NCBI RefSeq assembly: GCF_006345805.1
Contig: NC_042998.1
Span: 182,342,001 to 182,406,000 of the forward strand
Source of the DNA: Octopus sinensis
Taxonomy: Eukaryota
Direction of reading: 5' to 3'
DNA length: 64,000 nt
Shown: positions 26,490-37,035 of the stretch, one piece after another
How the letters are laid out: each line of letters opens with the position of its first letter
Position numbering within the stretch: the first letter of the stretch is position 1
Position numbers and translations under genes: made by a program
Notes under the pieces: model-generated
What the model saw: only the letters and a program-made list of their open reading frames with translations
Databases searched by the model: none
Told to the model about the DNA's origin: nothing

Positions 26490-27714
26490 CTGAAGTTTAA
26501 TAAATCCTGAACATTATTTTTCCTTTCCTTCGCCTCGTAAATCTTCAGTTTACTTTTGGAAAAGAAAGAGGAAAAATCGAATGTACTACTTTGGACTATC
26601 AAAACCAAACTATTGGACGATGTTCTTAGCACCTTTTCTTGAACAAGACAGTATTACTGTTTACTCTCAGATTAGCTGTGTTAAAAGACCTATGGTTCAA
26701 CAGATCCAGCCGTGAACATTCCGTCTTATCTCCAGATATAGTTTATCTCGCTCTTCCTGACAGAAGGACGTGATTTTGAGAACTGTTTTACTACTTTTAG
26801 CAGGTAAGGCAACAATAAAGAGGTTTCCTCATTCATTCAGACATAATAAATGAGCTTGGATGATAATGTCCGGAATTAGTCAGATCAGATGAGTAGAAAC
26901 CATTGTACTGTCGTAGAAGAAACAAAGGGAGGACAAGATGTAGCTGGGAAGTTTGGCAATTATTGTGGAGTTTTGATAAGTAAAAGTTTGTCTATATTCC
27001 AGACATATTTTTTCAGCCGTGCAATCTGAAGTATGTGTGTGCCTGATTGTAAGTGTGCGAGTGTGCGTATGTGCGTCCTTAAACTGCGTCCCTCGTTGTG
27101 GTTTTTGTAACCTCTCATTTGTTAAATACTAAAACAGGCCCAGCGCCAGACTTTGGCAACTTAGGGTGCTTCAGAATATCCTGGGTGGGCACTTATTTGT
27201 AATTATACTAAAGTGGTGTTTAGAAATAAGTGTATCACTGTAAATCTGAGAGTATACCATTAAATAATGAGGAAGCAGTGCTGTTCAGTGCACCCCTTAG
27301 TACGGGCATGTGCTGAAATATTTTCTGGCCTTGAAGGGGGGAACCCTTAATCTCTGTGGCGAGGGCCGTTGATTGTTCTGAAATCTCTTTATAAATATCT
27401 GTGAAATGGGATAAACATTAATATTTTAGTTTTATCTATTGTAATTAATAAACTTATTTTAAATTACTTTGGAAGACTAAAAACCATTAATTTCGTTTGA
27501 AAATTAAATACGAGCTTTTCAGAAACGTAACTGCATTTGGTTGAAACCTATTTATGGTCGGAGTTCGAAGCTTACTGGAAGTAAATTACTTTTCATCTCT
27601 GCAGGGGATGATAAAATGAATTCTAGTTATATTCGGGGGAGTTTTAAGCGATGTTTCTCAATAAAATTTGCTTGTCTTTGTGCTAATGTTAGAATTCAAT
27701 ATTCATTATCACCA

Positions 27715-28350
27715 TTAAGTTCTCAGTTCAAATGTCGCCGAGGTCGACTTTGCCTTTCGGGGCCGATAAAATGAGTACCAGTTGAGGACTGGGGTCGTTG
27801 TCATCGATTTATTCCTTCCCTGATATTGCTAGCCATGTAAAAAAATTTGAAACCAATATTTATCACCAACTCGGTCAACTGGTGGAATTGCTAAGCGCGT
27901 CGGACAAAATGCTTTTTGGTATTTGTTTTGGCACTTGACTTCAAATCCACCGAGGTCAGCTTTGCTTTCCATCCTTTAAGGGTTGACATGATAAGTACCA
28001 GTGTCGAGTACTGTGGTTAATATAATTTACTAACCCTCTCCTTTCAAAAGTGTTGAGATTGAGCCTCAATTAAATAAAATATTTATTATCACTCACAGTT
28101 GCGGATTGAGGACATTTACATTTCTATGTTCTCTTTTGTTCTGAATTCAACTCCACACAGGAGCGGATAAGCATTTTATAATTATGAGGGTCGTTAAATA
28201 TGCTTCAGTATTAAGCAGGCGAATTGCCGAAGTCGACTGAGCCGTTCCTCCTTTCGGGGCCAGCAAAATAAATAGCAGTTGAGCAGTGGGGTCGATGTAA
28301 TCGACTTCCCAATTCTCTTAGATTTGTTGACCTTATGCCAAAGTGAGAAA
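27715..28350 (+). mobile_element. Cluster of diverged Meta-like SINE fragments
   Basis: Repeated degenerate CCGAGGTCGACTTTGC...GAGTACCAG cores at ~27740, ~27950 and ~28230. Confidence 0.6.
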
Positions 28351-28598
28351 GCTTATGAAGTGGGTTTCAATCCAATTTTGGCCATTTTCAAACAGGGTTA
28401 TATATTATTAAATTAGTGTTTATTATGGTTGATCGGCAGAAACTGTTGAACAAAATACACCGAGGCACTTTGCTTCGTCTGAACCGAAATACTGTTTTTC
28501 GTTTGTGCGCGTGCACAATATATATCGTATTACGAAATATATACATTATTTACATTATTTACATATGACGTATATTTGTCCTCATCTTGCTTGTTGTT

Positions 28599-28641
28599 AA
28601 CACAGCGTTTCGGCTGATACCCTCCAGCCTTCATCAGGTGT
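28599..28641 (-). ncRNA. Minimal type I hammerhead motif (U16.1C, probably inactive)
   Basis: ACAC-CTGATGA-A-GGCTG(8 nt)CAGCC-GAAA-C-GCT-GTGTT. Confidence 0.7.
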
Positions 28642-28698
28642 GTTGGGGGAAATTTCGAACCTGGGTTCTCATTCCTAAGGTATTTTTCGATGTTGTTG

Positions 28699-28760
<62 letters not shown>

Positions 28761-28798
28761 ATCACGTTTAACTAACCAGTTGTCGCTGATACTCGACG

Positions 28799-28865
<67 letters not shown>

Positions 28866-28926
28866 CAACAGCAACAACATCGAAAAATACCTTAGGAATG
28901 AGAACCCAAGTTCGAAATTTCCCTAA

Positions 28927-28972
28927 GACACCTGAAGAAGGCTGGAGGGTATATCAGCCGAAATGTTGTGTT
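28927..28972 (+). ncRNA. Minimal type I hammerhead motif (near-intact)
   Basis: GACAC-CTGAAGA-A-GGCTG(10 nt)CAGCC-GAAA-T-GTT-GTGTT; predicted cleavage after 28967. Confidence 0.75.
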
Positions 28973-29336
28973 AACAAACAAGATGGAGAGAAATACCCGC
29001 AATGTAAATAATGTACATAATTCCTCATCTCTTAAATATAGAACTGTACAAAATATGTCATAAAATATATTGGTGTATTTCGTTGTGCTTCTTTACAATG
29101 TTAGTTTATATCCTACTTGGATTAATTTGTCTTTCATCCGCTAGCGATTGTTTTGTCTATTTCAACCTTTATCTCGAGAACTTATAATCACATGTGTTCT
29201 GTGTCCTTCATTTACTAGAACACTATAGAGTGCTTTAAGATATTTAACTGCTTTAAAGGTAGGTAGATCGCCCTAGTATAGGTTTCCCTCGTTAACCTCC
29301 TCTTGAAATGAGTAAAATATATATCAATAATATATT

Positions 29337-29566
29337 TATTTCTTTATTGCCCACATGGGGCTAAACATAGAGGGGACAAACAAGGACAGAGAAACGGATT
29401 AATTCGATTACATCGACCCCAGTGCGTAACTGGTACTTAATTTATCGACCCCGAAAGGATGAAAGGCAAAGTCGACCTCGGCGGAATTTAAACTTAGAAC
29501 GTAACGGCAAGCGAAATACGGCTACGCATTTCGCCCGGCGTGCTTACGTTTCTGCCAGCTCGCCGT
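29337..29566 (-). mobile_element. Full-length Meta-like SINE with Tx1-type tail
   Basis: 13-bp TSD TCAATAATATATT. Confidence 0.9.
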
Positions 29567-31325
29567 CAATAATATATTGGAGGTGATTGATTCAAGACAT
29601 CCCAGTATATTACTGCTTCTTATTTTACTACCAGTATGACTACCAGTAAAGTTCTGAGGTTGGTTAAATCGACTCATCCCCCACAAAATGTGTGACCTTT
29701 TCTCGAAATTAGAAACAGTTTGTTAAAATTACTTGGTCTCAATAATATTGAGTGTTCATGTTTAGTGGTGTTTGAATAGTATTCACACAGCTGAGACATG
29801 AGATTGGTGTTTGACTTCAGGCGGTAATGACATGTAAAATAAGAGCAGATGTTTGTGGCTATATTAAGAAAGATATATTGGCAGAAAGGATGTAAGGCAG
29901 ATTGTTCAAAAAGAGAGAAAAAAATAATAAAAACAATATTAAGTAATCTAAAAATGAAAAGTATGGTTAAGGGATGAGGAATGAGGGTCACTTCGACAAA
30001 AGATACTTGCTCCCAAATTAATTTATCTAGTCCTAATAGCTAACCATAAATTCAATTTTTTGACGGTCTGTCAGTTTTCAGAGTGAATGTAACCAATACA
30101 AGCACCTAGTGTTAGGTCTCATGTAGCAAGTAGGCGGAAAATAGTACCTTAATACTTCACTACGAAGATGGTAATTCTATATTCTAATCAACATTTCTGA
30201 AGAATCAAGTTTAAATGTACTTCCTTGCTGAAGACAACTATGCGTGAAATTATCTAACTCGATGACTTCAATGTAACGAATTTTCTTTTTCTTTCTATTT
30301 GTCTGGCAGTTTCTTTGTCCCATATCTTTATTTTCTTTCATAGGTTTCACCCTTACCCCTCTCACTCCCGTCTTGACCGTCGAAATTATATTACCGAAAC
30401 TCTATGCTGTTATTTCCTGCTTTTTTTTCATCTCATTGTCCTTTCCGTTGATTTATAGAGTATTATCCCTGCTGTACCAGCTAACTGAGTAGACTGGCAG
30501 GGACAAGCAAGTTCATCTGATGAAATTAATTGATATACATAACGTAAAGAACAAATGCAACAAAGACATAAGCAAGCATACGAAACAAAATAAATAAATA
30601 AATAAAGTTTAAAAGCCCCCAGACACAAGAGACAAGCAAAAACATTCATGCGTACGCCGAAACGCAAACACAAACATAAATACACAGAATGCGTTCATAA
30701 GAATATGCCGCACTGAAATACACAAACAAGAATAGATTACACTCGCACGAACACCAAGTAAACTACTGCGTTCTGACATACGTATTCCACTCGTAAGATA
30801 TGCAAATACAGATACACTGTTGTCCATTAGTACGACGCGCAAGTAATCAGGTGTACATAAACTTATATAGCCCACATAAAGACACATACACATACATACT
30901 ATCAATCATACGTACTTATATACATATCTACGTTCATGTCTACGTTCATGTCTACGCACAAAGACACATGAAGTTAAAATGGAGACAAGTTAAACTGAAG
31001 ACAATATCAAATCGTTGTTTTGTCATTGCTATTCAAACCGTACTTATTACTTGTACAAATAATCCGCTTGGCAGGCTTCTTTAAGCAGAGTTTGAGGTTT
31101 GGTTTGTGAAAGGACACCTGCATTGATGTAGATATTAAGTCAAGAAGAAAAAGAAAGATAGATAGGAGGATAGATAGGTAGATTGCTAGCCCACTTACTA
31201 TCTAAATAAAAAGCAAAGCAAATAAAAAATAATAAAAAGAAACAAAAGTCCAAGGGGCTTTCACAATTAATGTTGACGCTCAAAAAAAAAAGGAAAAAGT
31301 TATAGAGTAAAAGTTATAGATTAAG

Positions 31326-31363
31326 AGTATAACATTTCGGGCTTAACTCCTTCATCGGATACT
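31326..31363 (-). ncRNA. Degenerate hammerhead-like motif (third PLE-like family)
   Basis: AGTAT-CCGATGA-A-GGAGTTAAGCCC-GAAA-T-GTT-ATACT: perfect 5-bp stem I, U4C, weakened stem II. Confidence 0.5.
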
Positions 31364-31485
31364 AGAGGAAATTCTAAGAGAAAGTGAGAAGAGAAAGAGA
31401 GGAAAGGAGGTCAAATATAAGAGAGAACCATGGTCAGATTTGGTCGTGCACGGATTCATGTATAAATACTTAGATTAAGGATAGC

Positions 31486-31528
<43 letters not shown>

Positions 31529-32443
31529 TCGCACCTTCCTCTCTTTCTCGTATCTCTTGCTCATTTTTTCTTTTTCTTCCTCCCATTCTTATGCTTTAAA
31601 CTCCAACGTGAAACTTCCATCTCTATCACACTCCTTTCGTCCTTCCACGTGTCTCACTAATTTTCTTCTCTCGCCGAACAAAATAAAAACATTTTTGTAC
31701 CAGTGTTGTATTCTTGTAAGTATTCTTGTAAGTATTCTTACTCCAGATTTTCTCTCACTTTTCTTCTTGAGCTCCCACTTATTTTCCTCTTTCATTTCCT
31801 TGCCTGTTCCTTCGTTCTATACAATAGTAACTCATTTATCCTTATACATACTTCTGTCGTACCTTCCAAATTCTTCTTGCCGTGTCTTTTACCTCATATA
31901 ATTTTCTTCTAACTTATCAACAAAACCTCTTCTTTATGTAATGGTATTATAACTGAGTAGATTACTGGTACATAATGTATTAATCTAGAAAGATGAAGGG
32001 TAACGGAAAATAGTGTATAGAGCAAAGAAGAATGTGTGTAAATTTCTTTTGATTCCAAGAAAATGCCTCATATTTATAAATTACAGGTTTAATGCCACCA
32101 TTTGGTCCTTTGGAGCCATCTTTGACCATTATCTTTGGGTGATGTTCTTGTGTGATTTCCTTCTGTTGAAAACATTTGAACCAGGCACCCCCGCCTTGCT
32201 TATGCTTTCCTACAGAGACTGACCTAAATATGTCCAGGCTTAACACAAACACATAAATCCGTTTTGGTAGTGCCTACAAGGACCACGGCTCCACCCTTTC
32301 TTCTCTGACTAACTTCTTAAATACTTGAGAGATAAAATGAAGTTATGCGGCTTACATGTCTGTCATAAGGTCATTAGTAATATATGAATAAAATGAAAAG
32401 GCTACAGTAGGATTTTTTTAGAGACGACTCACCGTGATCTTAC

Positions 32444-32511
32444 CTCATCATAGCATTGCTCCATAATTCGAACTGTTTGACGCTCACTGGGTTAACATAA
32501 AGAACTACGTC
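32444..32511 (-). CDS. Candidate exon (68 nt, phase 0-2)
   Basis: Acceptor GGTTTTTAATTTTAG, donor GAG|GTAAGA (second donor ACG|GTGAGT 11 nt downstream); only one frame open: DVVLYVNPVSVKQFELWSNAMM. Confidence 0.28.
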
Positions 32512-33134
32512 CTAAAATTAAAAACCAGCTGCAATATTGGTTCTACTCTAAAGCAATCACCGTTCACTGATTTAATGATTAATCTCAATTGCAGGTTCTG
32601 CGGATAATTTAAATAGTACTTCCATTTTTTTTTAATGAAAAGTAATTCAACACATTTAGAAAAATGTGATACTGAAGGAATAATGCGGATTTCTGCTAGA
32701 GTGTATTATCAAAGCAGCAGGGGAAATACGTAAATGTTTATTTTAAAATGAATCCAGTGGAAGTAATTGCTGAGGGGGGGGGGAGTCTCCAGCAAACTAT
32801 GATCCGATTTCTATCACTGGTTGTTTCTATTTCTCTTCATTTAAAAGGAGACTTCTCCAGAATAAATGGCAGAGAAAACGAGTCTGTAGTAAGGTTTACT
32901 CGCCGAAGGCTTATGAGTGTATTATCACGTCTATATTTTCCTATGGAGAGCATAGTAAGTAAACGGTGTTGATTGTTAGCAAAACGGTTCCGATTCCTGG
33001 TCGAGTATCAGCGACAACTGGTTAGTTAAACGTGCGACGAACTGGCGTCCCGTTAATGAATCAGTAGGCTTCAGGCAGATTTTAATTTTATAAATTATGT
33101 GTGTGTGTGTGTGTTTATGTATGTATGTGTATAT

Positions 33135-33410
33135 ATTTGTTCCTTCTCGAGCCAGGCGTATAGGTTCCCCACCTGGACGGGACGCCGGTCTGTCGCAGGT
33201 GAGCTGCAAGATGCAGGAGGAAAGAGTGAGAGAAAGTTCTGGCGAAAGAGTCAGCAGAAGCTCGCCATTAGCTTCTGCCGGAGCCGCGTGGAGTTTAGGT
33301 GTTTCGCTCATAATCACACACATCACCTGGTCTGAGATTCGAACCCGCGATCCCTCGACCGCGAATCCACTGCTCTAACCACTTAGCCATGTGCCTCCAC
33401 ACATATGAAT
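33135..33410 (-). mobile_element. tRNA-derived SINE, head A + V-domain-like tail Y
   Basis: Head matches the 6420 element; body has CTGCGACAGACCGGCGTCCCGTCCAGG, resembling the V-SINE domain as I recall it. Confidence 0.75.
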
Positions 33411-33433
33411 ATATATCTATATATCTATATGTA

Positions 33434-33531
33434 GTGAGTGAGGGTGCAGAGTAGCACCTATATTGCTAGAAGCAAGAGTCAAAGGACTCTTATTTCTAGC
33501 AATTTAGGTGCTACTTTGCACCCTCAGTCAC
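33434..33531. mobile_element. 98-bp palindromic MITE, TA-flanked
   Basis: 47-bp arms GTGA.TGAGGGTGCA.AGTAGCACCTA.ATTGCTAGAA..AAGAGTC with a 4-nt loop; TA on both flanks. Confidence 0.85.
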
Positions 33532-33922
33532 TATTAGTGACAATTGAATTTTTCCTTTTTGATTTTATATTGCGTCTAGCCACCTTTATTATTTTATATG
33601 TATATGCATGAATGCATACGTACGTACGTACGTACGTACCTACCTACCTACCTACTACCCTAAGAGGACAGAAAAAATCGTGGATGACAGTATTTGTTGT
33701 CAGGGATGTCTTAGCTTAATGATAGAAAACTATCAGTCTTCGATTCTCTGTAGAGCCTGGCTGGCCACTTTTTTCCGTCTTCTAAAAAGTAATTTACCCG
33801 ATTTTCTAAGCTGTTTTCACAGACATTCTGCGTTTGAGAATTCCTTTATTTTATGTAGAATACCAACTCACTCAGTGCTTTTAAGTTTGCTTACAAAGTG
33901 TGTTTGTGTGTGTGTATGTGTA

Positions 33923-34138
33923 CGAGGAGGCGCTGAAAAGTTCCTGGCTTTAAGGGTGTCACGAAAGGCCTAGCTAGAAGCACAAACTTCTAAATTGCTT
34001 TATTGGGCTTAGAAAAACTGAAGGACCACTGCAATGAGGGTGTGAATCTGAGAGGGAAATATGTTGAATACAATCATAATTAACTGATTCTCCTGTATTT
34101 TCTTTTACTCAAAGCCAGGAACTTTTTAGCACCCCTCG
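33923..34138 (+). mobile_element. Internally deleted mariner element (MITE), 216 bp
   Basis: TIR CGAGG.GG.GCT.AAAAGTTCCTGGCTTT, TA flanks, remnant of transposase C-terminus (VNLRGKYVE). Confidence 0.85.
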
Positions 34139-34202
34139 TATATATAGATGTGTGTGTGTGTGTGTGTGTGTGTGAACCTATCTGTCTGTCTGTCTGTCTG
34201 CC

Positions 34203-34233
<31 letters not shown>

Positions 34234-34619
34234 ATGTATGTATGTATGTATGTATATATGTACGTATGTATGTAACTAAGATGATGTTTGGTTGACAACT
34301 AGTGATCTATCTGTGTCCATTGTGTGTGTGTTTTTCCGGAAAACTTAAAATTATTTTGTTGTCTCCTCTGTGTGTCTCTCTCTCTCTATATATATATGCA
34401 TATATGGACACATGACGTCACCAACTGTGTAAACAACATGAAATACGAAAACAAACAAGCTAAATACGCAAACAACGAGAGAGAAAAATGGAAAGCAGGA
34501 CAAGTAAACGCAGAGAACGACTCTTCATCAGTTGTCGGCTGTCTATATACTTCTCATTTCGAACATATGTATGTGTATATATACACATACATACATGCAT
34601 ACATACATACATACATACA

Positions 34620-34651
<32 letters not shown>

Positions 34652-34685
34652 CATATATATATATAGTGTATATATGTATGTATGT

Positions 34686-34749
<64 letters not shown>

Positions 34750-34961
34750 CATACATATATGGATATATATATATATATATGTGTGTGTGTGTAAGTTGGA
34801 GGTAGAAATAGCATTGAAGTAAATCTAAGAGATTTCAATTCTTAACAAAGAATTTAATAATTGATTTTAAAATTATATAAAGACTATAATGAAATTACCG
34901 GTTTCGATGATGACTCTCATTTTATCAAATATTAGTAAAAATTTATAAAAATTTGAAATAA

Positions 34962-35030
34962 AAACAGTTTATCTTCTGTCTGGGGGTCAAAAGACATATT
35001 TTTGACCTCCAGACAGTAGATAAACTGTTT
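34962..35030. other. 69-nt near-perfect hairpin
   Basis: 31-bp arms, 29/31 complementary, 7-nt loop GACATAT. Confidence 0.9.
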
Positions 35031-35055
35031 ATATATATATATGTATATATAATAT

Positions 35056-35109
<54 letters not shown>

Positions 35110-35147
35110 ATATATATATATTATATGTATGTATGTGTGTGTGTGTG

Positions 35148-35182
<35 letters not shown>

Positions 35183-35343
35183 TGTGTTTGTATATCCTTT
35201 GACTTCGCTTACGGGAAACGTTTTGGATATGCATACAAAAGTTGCTATTTTATCATGCCAGCTACAGCCTAATGATGTCAAATGGCGATACTAGCTTTTT
35301 GGGGCCGCACCGAGCTATACGGTTATAATGTAGGATAAATATA

Positions 35344-35395
<52 letters not shown>

Positions 35396-35584
35396 CCTTG
35401 AATGGAATTTATAAATATTCTAATACTTCGCTACGCATGATCTTGAGAAACATTTGATTTGTGGAAACGACGGTAGTGATGCATTAAAATATTTATAAAT
35501 TCCGTCCAAGGATTAGCTATTAACAGAAGTATATATATACTACGCAAATGCCATATATATACGCATATATATATACACAAATGC

Positions 35585-35884
35585 CAGAACGGGACGACAC
35601 TGCATAGTGCCAAAGATCCCAGCAACGCCATCGCGCTTCATGTCCAGTTACTGCAACAGCCTTGGTTTCAGGGGCCCACAGCTTTTTAATATTCTCCCAA
35701 AGAGCCTGAGGAACCTGCACAAAGTAGACGTAGGTGTTTTTAAATCAAAGCTGGACCTCTTCCTGTCGAGAGTCCCAGATGAACCTTCCTCACGGCAAGA
35801 GGTGCAAATGAGGGTAGCCATATCAAACTCCATTCTTCACCAAGTGCCACATATTGGAGGAGGCTCGCAGTAATAACAGTGTAA
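35585..35884 (+). pseudogene. CR1-type LINE 3' end
   Basis: YCNSLGFRGPQLFNILPKSLRNL...FKSKLDLFLSRVPDEP...NSILHQV, typical CR1 ORF2 C-terminus. Confidence 0.8.
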
Positions 35885-35900
35885 CAAATATATATATATA

Positions 35901-36153
35901 TTTCTTTAGTTTCAGCTCAGAGCTGCGGCCGTGCTGATGCACCACCGTTTTATTACACTGTTATTACTGCGAGCCTCCTCCAATATGTGGCACTTGGTGA
36001 AGAATGGAGTTTGATATGGCTACCCGTGAGGAAGGTTCATCTGGGACTCTCGACAGGAAGAGGTCCAGCTTTGATTTAAAACACCTACGTCTACTTTGTG
36101 CAGGTTCCTCAGGCTCTTTGGGAGAATATTAAAAAGCTGTGGGCCCCTGAAAC

Positions 36154-36154
<1 letters not shown>
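35901..36154 (-). pseudogene. Second CR1 3' end, inverted relative to 35585-35884, with complete 3' tail
   Basis: Near-identical reverse complement apart from an ~18-bp deletion; ends GGTGGTGCATCAGCACGGCCGCAGCTCTGAGCTGAAACTAAAG. Confidence 0.8.
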
Positions 36155-36238
<84 letters not shown>

Positions 36239-36493
36239 TAAATATATAGTATGTATGTATGTATGTATGTATGTATGTATGTATGTATGTATGTATTATG
36301 TATGTATGTATGTGTGTGTGTATATGTTTAGATATGAGGTTTTATACATTGTGGTCAGGAAATGTTTAAAGGAAACTAAAAATCTCTCGGAATTAGGCCT
36401 ATCGTAAATGAGATACAAAATAAAACGCAATTGAAAAACCAAGAATTATTCTGCACAGATATGGTAAATATTTTATGATTCTCTGTTTCTTAG

Positions 36494-36568
<75 letters not shown>

Positions 36569-36569
<1 letters not shown>

Positions 36570-36717
36570 CCCCCTTTTTTTTCGCTTTCCTCTTTCTTTC
36601 CTTTTACGATCCACTTTGATCGAAAACCAAACCTCTTTTTTTTATCCCAAAAAAGAAAAGCTCTACCTTGTAATTTGTCCCGTCTGTGTGCAGCCCTGTG
36701 TGGCTAATAAAGAAACA

Positions 36718-36718
<1 letters not shown>
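36569..36718 (+). mobile_element. Severely 5'-truncated Tx1-family 3' UTR embedded in (CTAT)n
   Basis: Matches 42820-42987 (TTTTACGATCC..TTTGATCGAAAACCA...GCTCTACC...GCAGCCCTG.TGGCTAATAAAGAAACAT); (CTAT)n on both sides. Confidence 0.85.
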
Positions 36719-36814
<96 letters not shown>

Positions 36815-37035
36815 CTGGACAGACAGACGCAAGTCAAATGGGCTCCACGTAAGTTGGTATTTTTGTACGTTCAAAAGTGTATATTGACAAATATTTTGTG
36901 TTTAAAAGTTGTGCAACAACATCCACTGCAAACCTTTGATAAATATCTACACAAAATTTTGCCCCTTGTGGGCAAAATTTAAAAGAAAAAATTCTCATAG
37001 CCTTCGTGGTTTCATTTAGCCATTTTATTTCCAAA

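Larger units (their letters stand above)
28531..29045. mobile_element. Inverted pair of Penelope-like pseudo-LTR fragments around a (TTA)n-core-(AAT)n centre
   Basis: 28531-28697 (minus) and 28877-29045 (plus) both contain AAAATACCTTAGGAATGAGAACCCA..TTCGAAATTTCCC and a hammerhead motif; third copy at 49713. Confidence 0.8.

Noticed and set aside
27135-27310. Possible old hAT MITE (CAGGCCCAGCGCC ... GTACGGGCATG)
   Set aside because: TIR match is too degenerate and there is no TSD.
27576-27598. Other small exon candidates (23 nt here; 19 nt at ~31.96 kb; 56-102 nt at 35213-35314; acceptor at ~15594)
   Set aside because: Phase-incompatible with the main chain, containing stops, or lacking a credible donor or acceptor.
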